Assembly (NCBI GenBank): GCA_041746255.1
Contig: JBGTHM010000019.1
Location: forward strand, 32,001-96,000
Direction: 5' to 3'
Length of the DNA: 64,000 bases
Origin: Fibrobacteria bacterium
GTDB lineage: Bacteria > Fibrobacterota > Fibrobacteria > UBA11236
Part shown: in pieces, positions 1 through 11,337 of the stretch
How positions within the stretch are numbered: position 1 is the first letter of the stretch
How the letters are laid out: each line of letters starts with the position of its first letter
The notes under the pieces: generated by a model
The model's input: only the letters and a program-made list of their open reading frames with translations
What the model was told of the DNA's origin: nothing
Databases searched by the model: none
Made by a program: the position numbers and the translations under genes

Positions 1-198
1 CGGACCTATGGCGATCAAAGTTTCAAGAAATCCGAACAGGACAGCGAATTGGGTGATGAATTGGCGGACGTGTTATTTGTGCTAATCTGTCTGGCCAATC
101 AGACGGGTGTCGACCTGACCGAAGCTTTTCGTAACAACCTGGAAAAGAAAACGCGGCGGGACGCCGACCGCCACAAAAACAACCCCAAGCTGGCTTAA
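1..198 (+). CDS. MazG-like nucleotide pyrophosphohydrolase (YpjD-like), 5' truncated by window edge
   Basis: Frame 1 reads [58 protein letters not shown]...KLA*; ELADVLF is the MazG-family motif; not in the ORF track because the start lies upstream. Confidence 0.85.
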   Translation, partial: RTYGDQSFKKSEQDSELGDELADVLFVLICLANQTGVDLTEAFRNNLEKKTRRDADRHKNNPKLA

Positions 199-215
199 AC
201 CCGAAGGAGACCGAA

Positions 216-1307
216 GTGTCCAGTATTTACGGCCGGTTGTTCCGCATCTCAACCTGGGGCGAAAGCCATGGCCTGGGAGTCGGAGTCGTGATAGACGGCT
301 GCCCGGCTGGGCTTGACCTTACAGAGGCCGACATCCAAGCCGATCTCGACCGTCGCCGTCCCGGGCAGAATAAGCTGACCACTCCTCGGAAGGAAGCCGA
401 CGCGGTGGAAATCTGGTCCGGGCATTTCGAAGGAAAAACCACCGGCACGCCCTTGTCTTTGTTGGTGCGCAACGCCGACCAACGCTCCCATGATTATGCG
501 GATATGCAAACGCTTTATCGTCCCTCGCATGCGGATTTCACCTATGACGCCAAATACGGCTTCCGCGACTTCCGCGGTGGCGGCCGTTCTTCCGCCCGCG
601 AAACGGTAGGGCGTGTGGCCGCGGGCGCCGTGGCCCGAAAGCTTCTCCGTCAGGCCTACGGTATCGAAGTCACGGCTTATGTCGACCGCATTGGAACGGT
701 GGAAGCGTCTCTCGATCCCCTTTTGGTTACGTTGGACCAGGTGGAAAAAAGCCTGGTCCGCTGTCCTGATCCCAAGGCCTCCGCCGCTATGGAAAAAGCC
801 GTGGCCGAGGCCAAAAAAGCCCGCGACTCCCTGGGCGGAACCATCCAATTGGTGGTGAAAAACTGTCCCGCGGGCTTAGGCGAGCCGGTATTTCACCGCG
901 TGGAGGCAGAATTGGCGCACGCTTTCTTATCCTTGCCGGCAACCAAGGGTTTTGAGGTCGGCAGCGGTTTTGCCGGTACTTTGCTGAAAGGCAGCGAACA
1001 CAACGATGCTTTCGTCAACAAAGAGGGACGCATCGGAACCGAAACCAATCGCTCGGGCGGCGTGCAAGGGGGAATAACCAATGGTGAGCCCATACTTTGC
1101 CGCATCGCCTTCAAGCCTACCGCGACCATCTCAATGCCCCAGCGGACGGTCAACCAGGCGGGAGAAGATAAGATTCTGGAAGCCAAAGGCCGGCACGACC
1201 CCTGCGTATTGCCGCGCGCCGTGGTCATCGTAGAAGCCATGGCGGCGCTTACCCTGATAGACCTGGTTCTGGAGCATCGCGCGCGTTACGGATTCCTTTC
1301 CGCTTGA
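216..1307 (+). CDS. aroC: Chorismate synthase
   Basis: [36 protein letters not shown] signature motifs; GGAG RBS before GTG. Confidence 0.98.
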   Translation: MSSIYGRLFRISTWGESHGLGVGVVIDGCPAGLDLTEADIQADLDRRRPGQNKLTTPRKEADAVEIWSGHFEGKTTGTPLSLLVRNADQRSHDYADMQTLYRPSHADFTYDAKYGFRDFRGGGRSSARETVGRVAAGAVARKLLRQAYGIEVTAYVDRIGTVEASLDPLLVTLDQVEKSLVRCPDPKASAAMEKAVAEAKKARDSLGGTIQLVVKNCPAGLGEPVFHRVEAELAHAFLSLPATKGFEVGSGFAGTLLKGSEHNDAFVNKEGRIGTETNRSGGVQGGITNGEPILCRIAFKPTATISMPQRTVNQAGEDKILEAKGRHDPCVLPRAVVIVEAMAALTLIDLVLEHRARYGFLSA

Positions 1308-2044
1308 AACTTCCCCTCGACGTGCTGGGTGAGCTGCAAACCCTCTCGCGGCTTCCTTATGAAAATCTCAGTAAAATCGCCTTGCTGCACCGGCGTGGAT
1401 CGGTAGAAGACGCCCTCCTTCAGGAGGAAATACGCGCATTCCGGGGGGGCACCTGTTTTGCGCTGACCTATTCCTTGCACATGCGACTCAAGGCATTGGG
1501 GTATACGACAGGCTTTCTGATGGCCGATAAGCTTCGCTATGCGAATGTGCATTGCGGTTTATTATGGGAATGGGAAGGGGCCCGTTATCTGCTGGATCCC
1601 GGTTATCTCATTTATGCGGCCCTCCCGCTTCCCGAAAGCGGACTCAGCCATTGCCAATGGATACCACCGAATGAAGTGGTCTTGACCCACATTCCGGACC
1701 AAGAGGTGTGGCGGCTTTCCAGCGGGAAAAAAGGTTCTCCCGTTCACCGTTTCGATTTTCGCCGTATGCCGGTTTCCGAAGCGGAATTTATGCGGCATTG
1801 GCAGGACAGTTATTTCTTGGAAATGATGGATTACCCTGTGCTCAACAAGGCCGAAAAGGGGGTGCAATATTACTTGCAGAAGCGCAATTTGATTATCCGC
1901 ACCGAGATTGGAAGCGAAATGAGGCGTCTCGATCGCGCGGGAGTGGAGCGGGCGGCAGTGGAAATTTTTGGATTGAACCGGGAAATGACGGAGGCGGCGT
2001 TAAATGTTTTATCCGATCGGAACCAGAATCTGTTTAAGGATTGA
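1304..2044 (+). CDS. Arylamine N-acetyltransferase family protein
   Basis: [14 protein letters not shown] (Cys), NVHCGL (His), YLLDPG (Asp) catalytic triad; TTGA overlap with aroC stop. Confidence 0.85.
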   Translation: MKLPLDVLGELQTLSRLPYENLSKIALLHRRGSVEDALLQEEIRAFRGGTCFALTYSLHMRLKALGYTTGFLMADKLRYANVHCGLLWEWEGARYLLDPGYLIYAALPLPESGLSHCQWIPPNEVVLTHIPDQEVWRLSSGKKGSPVHRFDFRRMPVSEAEFMRHWQDSYFLEMMDYPVLNKAEKGVQYYLQKRNLIIRTEIGSEMRRLDRAGVERAAVEIFGLNREMTEAALNVLSDRNQNLFKD

Positions 2045-2518
2045 GGATTTAGCAGACCCCGGGTTTTCCGGTTTCTTGTTTTCGGCCAGCCAGAGGTTGG
2101 AAATGGCGGCGGCCGCCCTTTCCCTTTGCTCCACCGTAGTTGCGGGGTGTATCATGAATTTAAGCAGGCTCTTTAAAACCACTTTATGCAGTTGGACGAG
2201 AAAATCCAGTTTTGCGAATCCTTCGTTTTTCATGAAAGCGGAAAAGTGCTGATCTTGAAAATCCAGGATTCCCCCTTCTCCGAGGGTCAGCAAAAGGCCG
2301 TTCTTGAAACGCACTAAAAGAACGGAACCTAAATCGGAGTTTCCCGAGAAGGAGATTTCTTCGATTAACGGTTTTCCGGAAAAGAGGCGGGCACTGACCT
2401 TGCGGTAGTGAAAGGGCTGGCGTAGCTTGTCCAGCAGGGATTCAATAATACGGTAACCTCGCATGCGCACTCCTTTGCTGTCCATACTTTCCAGTGACGG
2501 AAATCGTGGCGTAGACAT
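2009..2518 (-). CDS. Hypothetical protein
   Basis: 169-aa ORF filling the gap between NAT and rpe; no recognised motif; start uncertain. Confidence 0.5.
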   Translation of the reverse strand: MSTPRFPSLESMDSKGVRMRGYRIIESLLDKLRQPFHYRKVSARLFSGKPLIEEISFSGNSDLGSVLLVRFKNGLLLTLGEGGILDFQDQHFSAFMKNEGFAKLDFLVQLHKVVLKSLLKFMIHPATTVEQRERAAAAISNLWLAENKKPENPGSAKSSILKQILVPIG

Positions 2519-2679
2519 TAATATAAGGTTTAACCGAATTCATACCATGCAAAAATTCTTCCGTTTCGGCTCTTGCCGGTGGTTCGCGATATTTCCGCCC
2601 AAAACCCCGATGGGTAAGGTATTTTTGAGCATTGTATCCCGGTTTTGGCAAAACCCCCTCAGACAAGGAAGCACCGATC

Positions 2680-3342
2680 ATGGCCTATCGCAATAAATTG
2701 GCGCCCAGCGTCCTGAATGCGGATCTATCCCGCCTACGCGAAGAATTGGGCGCCATTTCCCAGGGGGGCGCCGATTGGGTGCATTTGGACATTATGGATG
2801 GCCATTTCGTTCCCAACCTCACCTTCGGCCCGGTATTTGTGGAAGCGGTAAAGCGTTCCACGGCCTTGCCCCTCGACTGCCACCTCATGATCTCAGACCC
2901 TGCGGCTTATTTGGAGGATTTCTGCCGGGCCGGGGCGACCTCACTCACCGTTCATCAGGAAGCCGGGGTTCACTTGGATTCGCTGGTGCGAAAAATTCGG
3001 GAATTGGGTTGCCGGGTCGGAGTCAGCCTGAATCCCGCCACGCCGCTGGAAACCCTGGATTGGATTCTCCCCGAGATCGACATGGTCTTACTCATGTCGG
3101 TGAATCCCGGTTTCGGAGGCCAGAAATTCATTCCCTATACCTTGGAGAAAATCGCGGCCTTGCGACGTACTGCCGAAGAAAAAAGCCTGAAGCTCAATAT
3201 CCAAGTCGACGGGGGAATCGGGCCTGACAACGTCAAGGCGGTTATTGATGCCGGCGCTGATGTCATTGTCTGTGGCTCGGCGATTTTCACCAACCCGGAT
3301 GTTATCGCTACCACCCGCCGCATGAAGGAATTGATGGGGTAG
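2680..3342 (+). CDS. rpe: Ribulose-phosphate 3-epimerase
   Basis: APSVL, HLDIMDGHFVPNLTFG, MSVNPGFGGQKF, VDGGI; ATG at 2680 after AAGGAAG. Confidence 0.98.
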   Translation: MAYRNKLAPSVLNADLSRLREELGAISQGGADWVHLDIMDGHFVPNLTFGPVFVEAVKRSTALPLDCHLMISDPAAYLEDFCRAGATSLTVHQEAGVHLDSLVRKIRELGCRVGVSLNPATPLETLDWILPEIDMVLLMSVNPGFGGQKFIPYTLEKIAALRRTAEEKSLKLNIQVDGGIGPDNVKAVIDAGADVIVCGSAIFTNPDVIATTRRMKELMG

Positions 3343-3436
3343 GGGCGGAGATCACGCGGCTGGAATCTCCGGTTTATCTACCTTTGCGGACCGCTATTCC
3401 TGCATGAGCCCTTCAACTTTGTAAGTATTGGATAAG

Positions 3437-4918
3437 ATGATGTTCGACTTGAATTACCTCCTGATAGTGGGATCCATTTTGATCCTTCTCAGCGTGGTAA
3501 TCGCGCGGCTTTCGCAAAACTTGGGAGTACCCACCTTTCTCCTGTTTATCGGGTTGGGCATGCTGGCGGGTTCCGAGGGGATAGGCCAAATCCACTTTTC
3601 CGATCCCGCACTTGCGCAGACCATCGGGATAATCGCCCTGATTTTCATTCTCTTTTCCGGCGGTTTGGATACGAGTTGGGGAAGCGTACGTAAAGTCTGG
3701 GGTTCCGGCGCCAGCTTGGCCACCCTGGGCGTCTTTCTTACCTGCGGAGTTATCGGATTATTCGCTCATGTGGCGCTGGGCTTCCCATTATTGCAATCCT
3801 TGTTGATAGGGGCCATCATTTCTTCTACCGATGCCGCCGCCGTTTTTTCCGTGCTGCGGGGACGGAATCTGCATTTGCATCCGCGCGTCCGGTCGGTGCT
3901 CGAATTGGAATCGGGCAGCAACGACCCCATGGCGATATTCCTCACGCTCGCCGTCATCGCTGCCATCCTCACGCCGGACGGACCTTGGTGGATGATGGGG
4001 AGGATGTTCGTTCAACAAATCGGACTGGGTGGGCTCATTGGACTGGCTCTGGGCAAAGGCATGATCCTCTTTTTGAACCGGATACGTTTTTCCTATGACG
4101 GCATGTATCCCGTCTTCGCGCTGGCTTTCGCCGGTTTGGTTTACTCGCTGACCGATGTATTGGGAGGCAGCGGTTTTCTGGCGGTCTATTTCGCCGGTTT
4201 GGTGGTTGGTAACGGAACCGTAGCCCATAAACGGGCTATCCAGCGGTTCTTCGACGGCTTGGCCTGGTTGGGCCAGATCGGAATGTTCCTCATCCTGGGT
4301 TTGCTGGTATTTCCCTCACAACTTTTTGGCGTGTTGGGCGCCGGCTTATGGATTTCGGCGGCTCTGATTCTTATCGCCCGTCCTTTGGGGGTGTTCCTCA
4401 GCCTGTATTTTTCCAAATGGACCCTGCGTGAAAAAGGCTTTATCTCCTGGGTGGGTTTGCGGGGAGCGGTCCCTATTATTCTCGCAACCTTCCCGCTTTT
4501 GGCCGGGTTGCCGGAGGCGGATTTGGTATTCAACATCGTATTTTTCATCGTGTTGACATCCACCCTTATTCAAGGTTGGAGCATCGCGCCGGTAGCCCGA
4601 TGGTTCGGGGTCACGATTCCACCGGGAAGAGATTCGGATAGCACCCTTGAATTCAACGCACCTGAGGGCGCGCAAATGGAAATCATGGAGTTCATTTTGC
4701 CTTTCGGCGCCGAAGCGGCGGGCAAATCCGTGCTGGAATTGGGACTTCCCGACGACCTGCTTATCGTGCTGGTGTGCCGGGGGGAAAAGTTCATAGTCCC
4801 CAGCGGGCGCACCTATTTGGAAGAGGGGGACATCATTCAGGTTTTGGCGAACAAGGATAATTTGCAGCCGGTGGTGCAGGCTTTCCAACGCCAAAAAGCG
4901 GCGCCTCCCGCAAACTAG
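3437..4918 (+). CDS. cvrA: K+/H+ antiporter (CPA1, NhaP2/CvrA type) with C-terminal TrkA-C domain
   Basis: SSTDAAAVF, ELESGSNDPMA, WVGLRGAVPI; many TM segments; RCK-C-like tail (FIVPSGRTYLEEGD). Confidence 0.92.
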   Translation: MMFDLNYLLIVGSILILLSVVIARLSQNLGVPTFLLFIGLGMLAGSEGIGQIHFSDPALAQTIGIIALIFILFSGGLDTSWGSVRKVWGSGASLATLGVFLTCGVIGLFAHVALGFPLLQSLLIGAIISSTDAAAVFSVLRGRNLHLHPRVRSVLELESGSNDPMAIFLTLAVIAAILTPDGPWWMMGRMFVQQIGLGGLIGLALGKGMILFLNRIRFSYDGMYPVFALAFAGLVYSLTDVLGGSGFLAVYFAGLVVGNGTVAHKRAIQRFFDGLAWLGQIGMFLILGLLVFPSQLFGVLGAGLWISAALILIARPLGVFLSLYFSKWTLREKGFISWVGLRGAVPIILATFPLLAGLPEADLVFNIVFFIVLTSTLIQGWSIAPVARWFGVTIPPGRDSDSTLEFNAPEGAQMEIMEFILPFGAEAAGKSVLELGLPDDLLIVLVCRGEKFIVPSGRTYLEEGDIIQVLANKDNLQPVVQAFQRQKAAPPAN

Positions 4919-5946
4919 CCGTTAAAGGTATCGTTCAAGTTACCGACTCCCGCAAGCCGCAAAGCCAAATCCAGGGCCGATACCATAGGGTCGGGATCGG
5001 CTTGGTTGCTTCCGGCGATATCATAAGCGGTACCATGGTCGGGCGAGGTGCGCACGAAAGGCAGCCCCAGGGTGCAATTGACTCCGGCTTTGAAATCGAG
5101 GGTTTTCATGGGACCGAAGCCCTGATCGTGATACATCGCCAGTACACCATCGAAACGGCCCAATAGGGCTTCCCGGAAAACCGTGTCGCCCGCCAAAGGC
5201 CCGAAGGTGGGGAATCCCTCCCGCTCCAGTTCCTGCATGGCGGGAATGAGAATGTCCAATTCTTCGCGGCCGAACAAACCGTTTTCGCCGGCATGGGGAT
5301 TGACTCCGGCCAAAGCGATGCGAGGGGACCGGATCCCGTTTTTTAGCAAGGCGTTCCATGTGAGCTTCACCACGGTTTTCAGGCGCGGCACCGTGACCGC
5401 ATCCAGCGCCTGCCGGAGACTCATGTGATCCGTGACATGGCTGACCATGACTTTGGGATGCACCAATGCCATCACGACGCCGTCCGCGCCCGTCCGTTTT
5501 TCCAGGATGTCGGTATGGCCCACGAAGGGATGTCCCGCCAATTGCAGGCCCTCTTTGCTGATGGGCGCGGTCACGATGGCATCGGCTTCGCCCGCCAGAC
5601 AAACGTCGATGGCATGGATGAAATAGCGATAAGCCGCGTCGCCGCAGGGGGCGGATGGCTGTCTAAGGGCAAACCCGCCGGGGCGCAACAGGCCGAAGCT
5701 TTTTACGGGAAAGCTTCCCTTTACTTGACTGGCTTCATCGCAAAACAGATGGCTGAACCCAAGCGACTCCGCGGTGCTTTGCAGGATATCCAACTCACCC
5801 AGGATGAGAAAATCCGCAGGAGCGTTTTCCGGGCGACCGGCTTTTTTCTGGGCCAGGGCCTTAATCAGAACTTCGGGACCGATTCCGGCGGCATCCCCCA
5901 AGGTAAGGAGAATTCGGGGTTTTGAGCGAGAAGAATTTGCGGTCAT
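4915..5946 (-). CDS. pdxA: 4-hydroxythreonine-4-phosphate dehydrogenase (PdxA family)
   Basis: GDAAGIGPE, TAPISKE, GHTD, NPHAGENG, AMYHDQG, RTSPDHGTAYDIAG. Confidence 0.93.
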   Translation of the reverse strand: MTANSSRSKPRILLTLGDAAGIGPEVLIKALAQKKAGRPENAPADFLILGELDILQSTAESLGFSHLFCDEASQVKGSFPVKSFGLLRPGGFALRQPSAPCGDAAYRYFIHAIDVCLAGEADAIVTAPISKEGLQLAGHPFVGHTDILEKRTGADGVVMALVHPKVMVSHVTDHMSLRQALDAVTVPRLKTVVKLTWNALLKNGIRSPRIALAGVNPHAGENGLFGREELDILIPAMQELEREGFPTFGPLAGDTVFREALLGRFDGVLAMYHDQGFGPMKTLDFKAGVNCTLGLPFVRTSPDHGTAYDIAGSNQADPDPMVSALDLALRLAGVGNLNDTFNG

Positions 5947-5976
5947 ATACCCTGAAAATAGTTAAGGCTGGCCTTA

Positions 5977-6057
5977 GAGTGTCTAACAGAATGGGGTTCT
6001 ACTACGGCCGGCTACGAAAGTCCAGGGCGTCGTAGAACCCCATTCTGTTAGGCACTC
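5977..6057. mobile_element. 81-bp MITE-like element with 30-bp terminal inverted repeats and TTA direct repeats
   Basis: GAGTGTCTAACAGAATGGGGTTCTACTACG (5977-6006) vs reverse complement of 6028-6057: 28/30 identical; flanked by TTA at 5974-5976 and 6058-6060. Confidence 0.7.
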
Positions 6058-6120
6058 TTAAAAAGGCGTCGGAGGACTCCATCACGTACAATAGTATATC
6101 AAGGGAAGGGGAGGGTAGAC

Positions 6121-7545
6121 GTGCCGGAAGCCGTCAGCGTCTTCGATATCTTCAAGGTCGGCGTGGGTCCATCCAGTTCCCATGCCATGGGTCCTTGGCG
6201 AGCCGCCCAGCGTTTTACCCGAGGCTGCCTGGAGGCCGGACTGCTCCCATGTGTTGTCCGGGTACGGGTTGATCTCTACGGATCGTTGGCGAAAACCGGC
6301 AAGGGGCATGGTACGGACGTGGCCGTGATGATGGGGCTGATGGACGAAGATCCCGAGGTGGTGGATACCCGCGGAATTCCTGCGACCATCGCAACTCTTC
6401 GTAAAACCCGGACCTTGCTTCTGCGCGGCGCTAAAAGCATCCGATTCGATCCCCTGGACGACATCGTATTCCATCCCCGGGAATCCCTTGCCTTTCACCC
6501 CAACGGCCTGCGATTCACCGCCGAACTGGAAAACGGGGGTAACTGTCAAGAGACGTATTTTTCCATCGGCGGAGGCTTCATCGTGAAGGAGGGCGAAGTA
6601 GGGGTTGAAACCTCTATGGTAGCCTTGCCGTTTCCCATCGAAAAGGCGTCCGACTTGCTCCGGTATTGCCGGGAGCAGGGCCTTGAGGCGCCGGACGTGG
6701 TAAGACGGAACGAAGCCGCGTGGCGGGGAGAGGCCGAGTCGACTGCCCGCTTGGAGCAAATCTGGAAGGTGATGCGCGATTCCGTCTTCCGTGGTTGTCA
6801 TGCGGAAGGGATATTGCCCGGCGGCCTGAACCTGGTGCGACGGGCCGCGGGTATGCATCGGCTGCTCCTGGAGGGCCCTGCCGTTTATCGGGATACCGAG
6901 GAATGGATGGAGGCCATCGTCCGGAAGCGCGGAAGTTTCTCGGACATCTTAAAGTGGGTGAGCTGCTTCGCCATTGCGGTGAACGAGGAAAACGCGGCTT
7001 TCGGAAGGGTAGTTACCGCGCCGACGAACGGCGCAGCCGGAGTGATACCGGCCGTCCTCATGTACTATGCCTGTTTCTGCCAACCGAAGGAAGGCGCCAT
7101 AGCGGATTTTCTGCTTACGGCGGGGGAGATCGGAAGCCTGTTCAAAAAAGGCGCCACGCTGTCGGCGGCCATGGGCGGGTGTCAGGCGGAAATCGGAGTC
7201 TCCAGCGCCATGGCCGCCGCAGGGCTCACCCAGGTACAGGGAGGTACAATCGAGAAGGTGATGATGGCGGCTGAAATCGCTATGGAGCACCACCTGGGTT
7301 TGACTTGCGATCCGGTTGGCGGCTTGGTTCAGATTCCCTGCATCGAGCGCAATGCCATGGGAGCCATCAAGGCCATCGCGGCTTCCAATCTCGCCCTGGC
7401 CGGTGAACCCTCCAATGCCAAAGTGTCGTTGGATGCGGTGATTGAGTCGATGTGGGAAACGGCCAAAGACATGAGTACCAAATACAAGGAGACGGCTGAA
7501 GGCGGCCTTGCGGCCAGGCTACCTGTGAACCTGGCCGAATGTTGA
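6121..7545 (+). CDS. sdaA: L-serine ammonia-lyase, Fe-S dependent, single chain
   Basis: [57 protein letters not shown]. Confidence 0.97.
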   Translation: MPEAVSVFDIFKVGVGPSSSHAMGPWRAAQRFTRGCLEAGLLPCVVRVRVDLYGSLAKTGKGHGTDVAVMMGLMDEDPEVVDTRGIPATIATLRKTRTLLLRGAKSIRFDPLDDIVFHPRESLAFHPNGLRFTAELENGGNCQETYFSIGGGFIVKEGEVGVETSMVALPFPIEKASDLLRYCREQGLEAPDVVRRNEAAWRGEAESTARLEQIWKVMRDSVFRGCHAEGILPGGLNLVRRAAGMHRLLLEGPAVYRDTEEWMEAIVRKRGSFSDILKWVSCFAIAVNEENAAFGRVVTAPTNGAAGVIPAVLMYYACFCQPKEGAIADFLLTAGEIGSLFKKGATLSAAMGGCQAEIGVSSAMAAAGLTQVQGGTIEKVMMAAEIAMEHHLGLTCDPVGGLVQIPCIERNAMGAIKAIAASNLALAGEPSNAKVSLDAVIESMWETAKDMSTKYKETAEGGLAARLPVNLAEC

Positions 7546-7554
7546 TGGGGAAAG

Positions 7555-7580
7555 GGCGCGCTCCCGATTAAGAGCGCGCC
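7555..7580. terminator. Stem-loop between convergent genes, possible terminator
   Basis: GGCGCGCTC-N8-GAGCGCGCC perfect 9-bp stem; no long U-tract on + strand. Confidence 0.5.
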
Positions 7581-7604
7581 AATTCGCTGTCCGTCGAATT
7601 CCCT

Positions 7605-9014
7605 CTAGGGGCGCAGACCTTTGAGCAATACCGGCGCTCGTCCCGGGACGGTTACCCGAATCCCATATAAACCCGGCTGTATCCCCTGGGGCCATTCCAG
7701 CGCCAGGGTATTTGCTTCTGCCGCTACGCGGGTGCGACCCAACGACTCTCCCGAGAGAGAGAGGAATTCCAACTCCGCATGTTTGACGGCTTCGCCCGGA
7801 AGGGAAATAAGGGCTCGGCCTCCCTGACGCAGCATGCGGGGAGATTGGCTCTCAGGTGAAAGGGCGACTGAACCGTCCCCCACTACCAAGGAATCGAAAG
7901 GCCTATCCGCTATTTTGGAGGAAGCGCAGGGAATTTGCGTCCAATTCAACATACAGGGATCATTTTCACGAGCCATAATGTGGTATACACCCTTTTTCAA
8001 ACTCGGGATACGGAATGTCGTGTTGTATGGTTTCACCACGGCGGGACACATCATTTTTGTTTGCCCATAGCTGAAAGTGAGATGGATGTTATTCCCTTGA
8101 ATAGCGACTTGTTTATCGCTGAACTGTGAATTGCAGTTGAAACCATTGCTCCAAAGTTCCAATTCGAAAGCTTTGCCTTCCGCCACCTTTTTCGGTTCCA
8201 CCCAGGTTTGCGGCCACTCTACTTGGCCATTGAAGATTTCCAGTACCCCGACTTTTTCCGTAGAAAAGGCGGGCAACTGAATGGGTGCATCGGGATCGCT
8301 CAATAGCTGCATGGCAATTACGGGGTAACGTCCGGCCTTGAGTCCCGGCAATTTGAATTCCGGTCCGAAGGGCCTTTGATCCCAAACGCATACGCGTTCC
8401 GGATGGGTTTGCATAAAGTAGGTGAGCCAAAGTTCACCGTCCTTGAGCGTGGCGGAGGTGTGACTGAATTCGGTTTGGCAATTCCCATAATTTTGGCTGA
8501 GCAATTGGAGTTGAAAGGGGATGTCCGCTTGGGCGGATGGGGGTTGCAATTTCCAGTTGTGGGTTACAGGATTTTTTCCAACCGTGAGCGTCCCCGCCGG
8601 CTCGGGAATCACAGCGATTTTACACATGGGATTCTCGACCATACAGGGAACGAGGGGAACGGCGAACACGGAGTAAGTACCGGCCTTCAACCCCTTTAAA
8701 TCGAAGGTGGGTCCATAGGGTTTATAAATCATCGGGCATACGGAAATAGGCTCTTTACTGTGATCGGGTAGAAATCGCAAATAGATCTTCGTGCCGTCGA
8801 CCGAATAGGAAAGGTGGGAATAGGTTACCGCGCAAGAATAGCGATGACTGAGCAGCTCCAATTTAAAAGGAGCTCCATCGGAAACCTGGTTGGGAGAAAT
8901 GATAAAGGGTGGAGTCTTCTGTATCTCATCCGGTACTTTAGAGAAACCGGAGAGCAAGGTGATAAGAATCAGGCTGGCGAAGACCGAGGAAGAGCGAAAA
9001 AAAGATGTGTACAT
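7605..9014 (-). CDS. Secreted protein with three tandem Cys-paired domains and a T9SS-like C-terminal domain
   Basis: Signal peptide; three ~110-aa repeats (F.L.L.S....C...(F/Y)S......C.....P(Y/F)...F.(L/I)..LK.G.Y); tail LEFLSLSGE...W...PGLYGIRV. Confidence 0.75.
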   Translation of the reverse strand: MYTSFFRSSSVFASLILITLLSGFSKVPDEIQKTPPFIISPNQVSDGAPFKLELLSHRYSCAVTYSHLSYSVDGTKIYLRFLPDHSKEPISVCPMIYKPYGPTFDLKGLKAGTYSVFAVPLVPCMVENPMCKIAVIPEPAGTLTVGKNPVTHNWKLQPPSAQADIPFQLQLLSQNYGNCQTEFSHTSATLKDGELWLTYFMQTHPERVCVWDQRPFGPEFKLPGLKAGRYPVIAMQLLSDPDAPIQLPAFSTEKVGVLEIFNGQVEWPQTWVEPKKVAEGKAFELELWSNGFNCNSQFSDKQVAIQGNNIHLTFSYGQTKMMCPAVVKPYNTTFRIPSLKKGVYHIMARENDPCMLNWTQIPCASSKIADRPFDSLVVGDGSVALSPESQSPRMLRQGGRALISLPGEAVKHAELEFLSLSGESLGRTRVAAEANTLALEWPQGIQPGLYGIRVTVPGRAPVLLKGLRP

Positions 9015-9281
9015 GGACAACCCCCCGTAGTGCAAAAAAATATAGAAATAAAATTAATTTATCATAAATGCTTATTTAATGTCTAATTAATAACTAAAAT
9101 GTAGTGTAAAAGCAAGACATTTTTGGGAAAAAAATAACTTTCTCCCCCGACTTCATACCTAGGCGACCCGTTCAAGACGCTGTGTTTAGCCTATGGAACA
9201 AGCTCTTTTTGGGAAAATTGGCGAAATAATCCAAAAATCCGGGCCCCATTTTCAGGATGGTGAACCCTCAAGGAAGCGAAT

Positions 9282-10961
9282 ATGGCAGAAAAATTCGTGT
9301 ATTACATGCACAAGCTGAATAAAGTCTACCCCCCCAACCGGGAGGTCCTAAAGAACATCTCCCTCTCCTTTTATTATGGCGCCAAAATCGGCATTATCGG
9401 CACCAACGGTTCGGGAAAAAGTACGCTCATGCGCATCATGGCGGGCATGGATAAGGATTTTCAAGGTGAGGCCTGGGTGGAATCGGGCCGCAAAGTGGGG
9501 TATTTGCCCCAGGAGCCCCACTTGGATGAATCCCTGGATGTGCGGGGCAATGTGGAATTGGGCCTAAAGGATGTCAAAGCCGTATTGGACGAATTCAATG
9601 CCGTGTCCATGCGCTTCGCCGAGGAAATGACCGACGACGAAATGCAAAAGTTGCTGGATAAGCAGGCCGTGCTTCAGGACAAAATCGACGCCAACGATGG
9701 CTGGAGCCTGGACCGTACGGTGGAAATTGCCATGGACGCCTTGCGCTGTCCCCCTCCCGATGCGGAAGTGTCGCGGCTTTCGGGCGGTGAAAAACGCCGG
9801 GTGGCGCTCTGCCGGCTTTTGCTGGAAAAACCCGATCTACTGCTGTTGGACGAACCGACCAACCATTTGGACGCCGAATCGGTGGCTTGGCTGGAGCGCA
9901 CTTTGCGCGACTATACCGGTTCCGTGATTCTAGTCACGCATGATCGCTATTTTCTCGATAATGTGGTGGGTTGGATTTTGGAACTCGACCGGGGCAAGGG
10001 CATTCCCTGGGAGGGCAATTACAGTTCCTGGCTGGAGCAAAAGGGTAATCGCCTGGCGCAGGAAGAGAAGGAAGAATCGCGCCGCCAGAAGCAGCTCAAA
10101 CAGGAGTTGGAATGGGTGCGCATGTCGGCCAAAGCGCGTCAGGCCAAAGGCAAGGCCCGTCTTAACGCCTATGAGCAGCTGCGGGAACAGGCCGGCGCCG
10201 AAAAGGCGGGAGCGGCTTCCATCACCATTCCCCACGGTCCCCGCCTGGGAGACGTGGTCATCCAAGCGGAAAACCTCACCAAAGGATATGGTGATAGGCT
10301 GCTTTTCGAAAATTTGACTTTCAGCCTGCCGCGCGCGGGCATCGTAGGCGTTATCGGTCCCAACGGAGCGGGAAAAACCACCTTGTTTCGCCTCATCACC
10401 GGGCAGGAACAGCCGGACGGCGGCACACTGCGCGTAGGCGATACGGTACAGTTAAGCTATGTCGATCAATCCCGCGACAGCCTGGACGGGTCCAAATCGG
10501 TATTCGAGGAAATCACCGGCGGAGTGGACGTGCTTAAATTGGGTAACATCGAAGTCAACTCACGCAGCTACGTGGGCAAGTTCAATTTCTCCGGCACGGA
10601 TCAGCAGAAAAAAGTGCAGGACCTGTCGGGCGGCGAGCGCAATCGCGTCCATTTGGCCAAGCTGCTGCAAACCGGCGGCAACGTGCTGCTTTTGGATGAG
10701 CCCACCAACGATCTCGACGTGGAAACCCTGCAATCGCTGGAACAGGCCATTCTGGAGTTTTCCGGCTGCGTTATCGTGATTTCCCATGATCGCTGGTTTC
10801 TGGATCGCGTCGCCACGCATATGCTGTCCTTCGAGGGCGACAGCCAAGTTGTCTGGTACGAAGGAAATTACGCACAATATGAAGAGGCGCGTCGCAAGCG
10901 TTTGGGCATTGACGCGGACCAGCCGCAGCGGCTCAAGTACAAGCCGCTGGTGCGGCAGTGA
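9282..10961 (+). CDS. ettA: Energy-dependent translational throttle ABC-F ATPase
   Basis: Two ABC domains ([23 protein letters not shown]); EttA-typical [12 protein letters not shown] and [17 protein letters not shown] linker. Confidence 0.96.
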   Translation: MAEKFVYYMHKLNKVYPPNREVLKNISLSFYYGAKIGIIGTNGSGKSTLMRIMAGMDKDFQGEAWVESGRKVGYLPQEPHLDESLDVRGNVELGLKDVKAVLDEFNAVSMRFAEEMTDDEMQKLLDKQAVLQDKIDANDGWSLDRTVEIAMDALRCPPPDAEVSRLSGGEKRRVALCRLLLEKPDLLLLDEPTNHLDAESVAWLERTLRDYTGSVILVTHDRYFLDNVVGWILELDRGKGIPWEGNYSSWLEQKGNRLAQEEKEESRRQKQLKQELEWVRMSAKARQAKGKARLNAYEQLREQAGAEKAGAASITIPHGPRLGDVVIQAENLTKGYGDRLLFENLTFSLPRAGIVGVIGPNGAGKTTLFRLITGQEQPDGGTLRVGDTVQLSYVDQSRDSLDGSKSVFEEITGGVDVLKLGNIEVNSRSYVGKFNFSGTDQQKKVQDLSGGERNRVHLAKLLQTGGNVLLLDEPTNDLDVETLQSLEQAILEFSGCVIVISHDRWFLDRVATHMLSFEGDSQVVWYEGNYAQYEEARRKRLGIDADQPQRLKYKPLVRQ

Positions 10962-10983
10962 GAAGGGTTATCGCGCTGAAAAT

Positions 10984-11337
10984 TTATTGCCAGCTGGTAT
11001 AAGAGGTGCCGGGCAGGCGATACTGTTCGTAAGCCTGCAGCTCGGGAGCCTTGGTGGAAGCGCCGGCAGATTGCAGAATCTTCATGGCTTCGATATGCCC
11101 GTTCGAGGAAGCCGCGAGGTAGGGAGTCCAACCCTGCTTATCCCTGGCATTGATGTCGGCGCCGGAGGCGATGAGTTCCTGAACTTTTTTCGTTTCGCCT
11201 TTTTCTGCGGCACGGATGAGTTGCAGGTTTTTGTTTCCCGATGAAGCGCAGCCGATTAACACAAAAGCCGCGGCTCCAAAGAGGAGGGAGCTTCCGAGGT
11301 TTTTCTTTTTCGGAGTTTTGCTTTTATCCTGGCTCAT
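10984..11337 (-). CDS. Ankyrin-repeat lipoprotein
   Basis: Lipobox-like FVLIGC; ankyrin motifs LIRAAEKG...GADINARDKQGWTPYLAASSNGH. Confidence 0.85.
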   Translation of the reverse strand: MSQDKSKTPKKKNLGSSLLFGAAAFVLIGCASSGNKNLQLIRAAEKGETKKVQELIASGADINARDKQGWTPYLAASSNGHIEAMKILQSAGASTKAPELQAYEQYRLPGTSYTSWQ

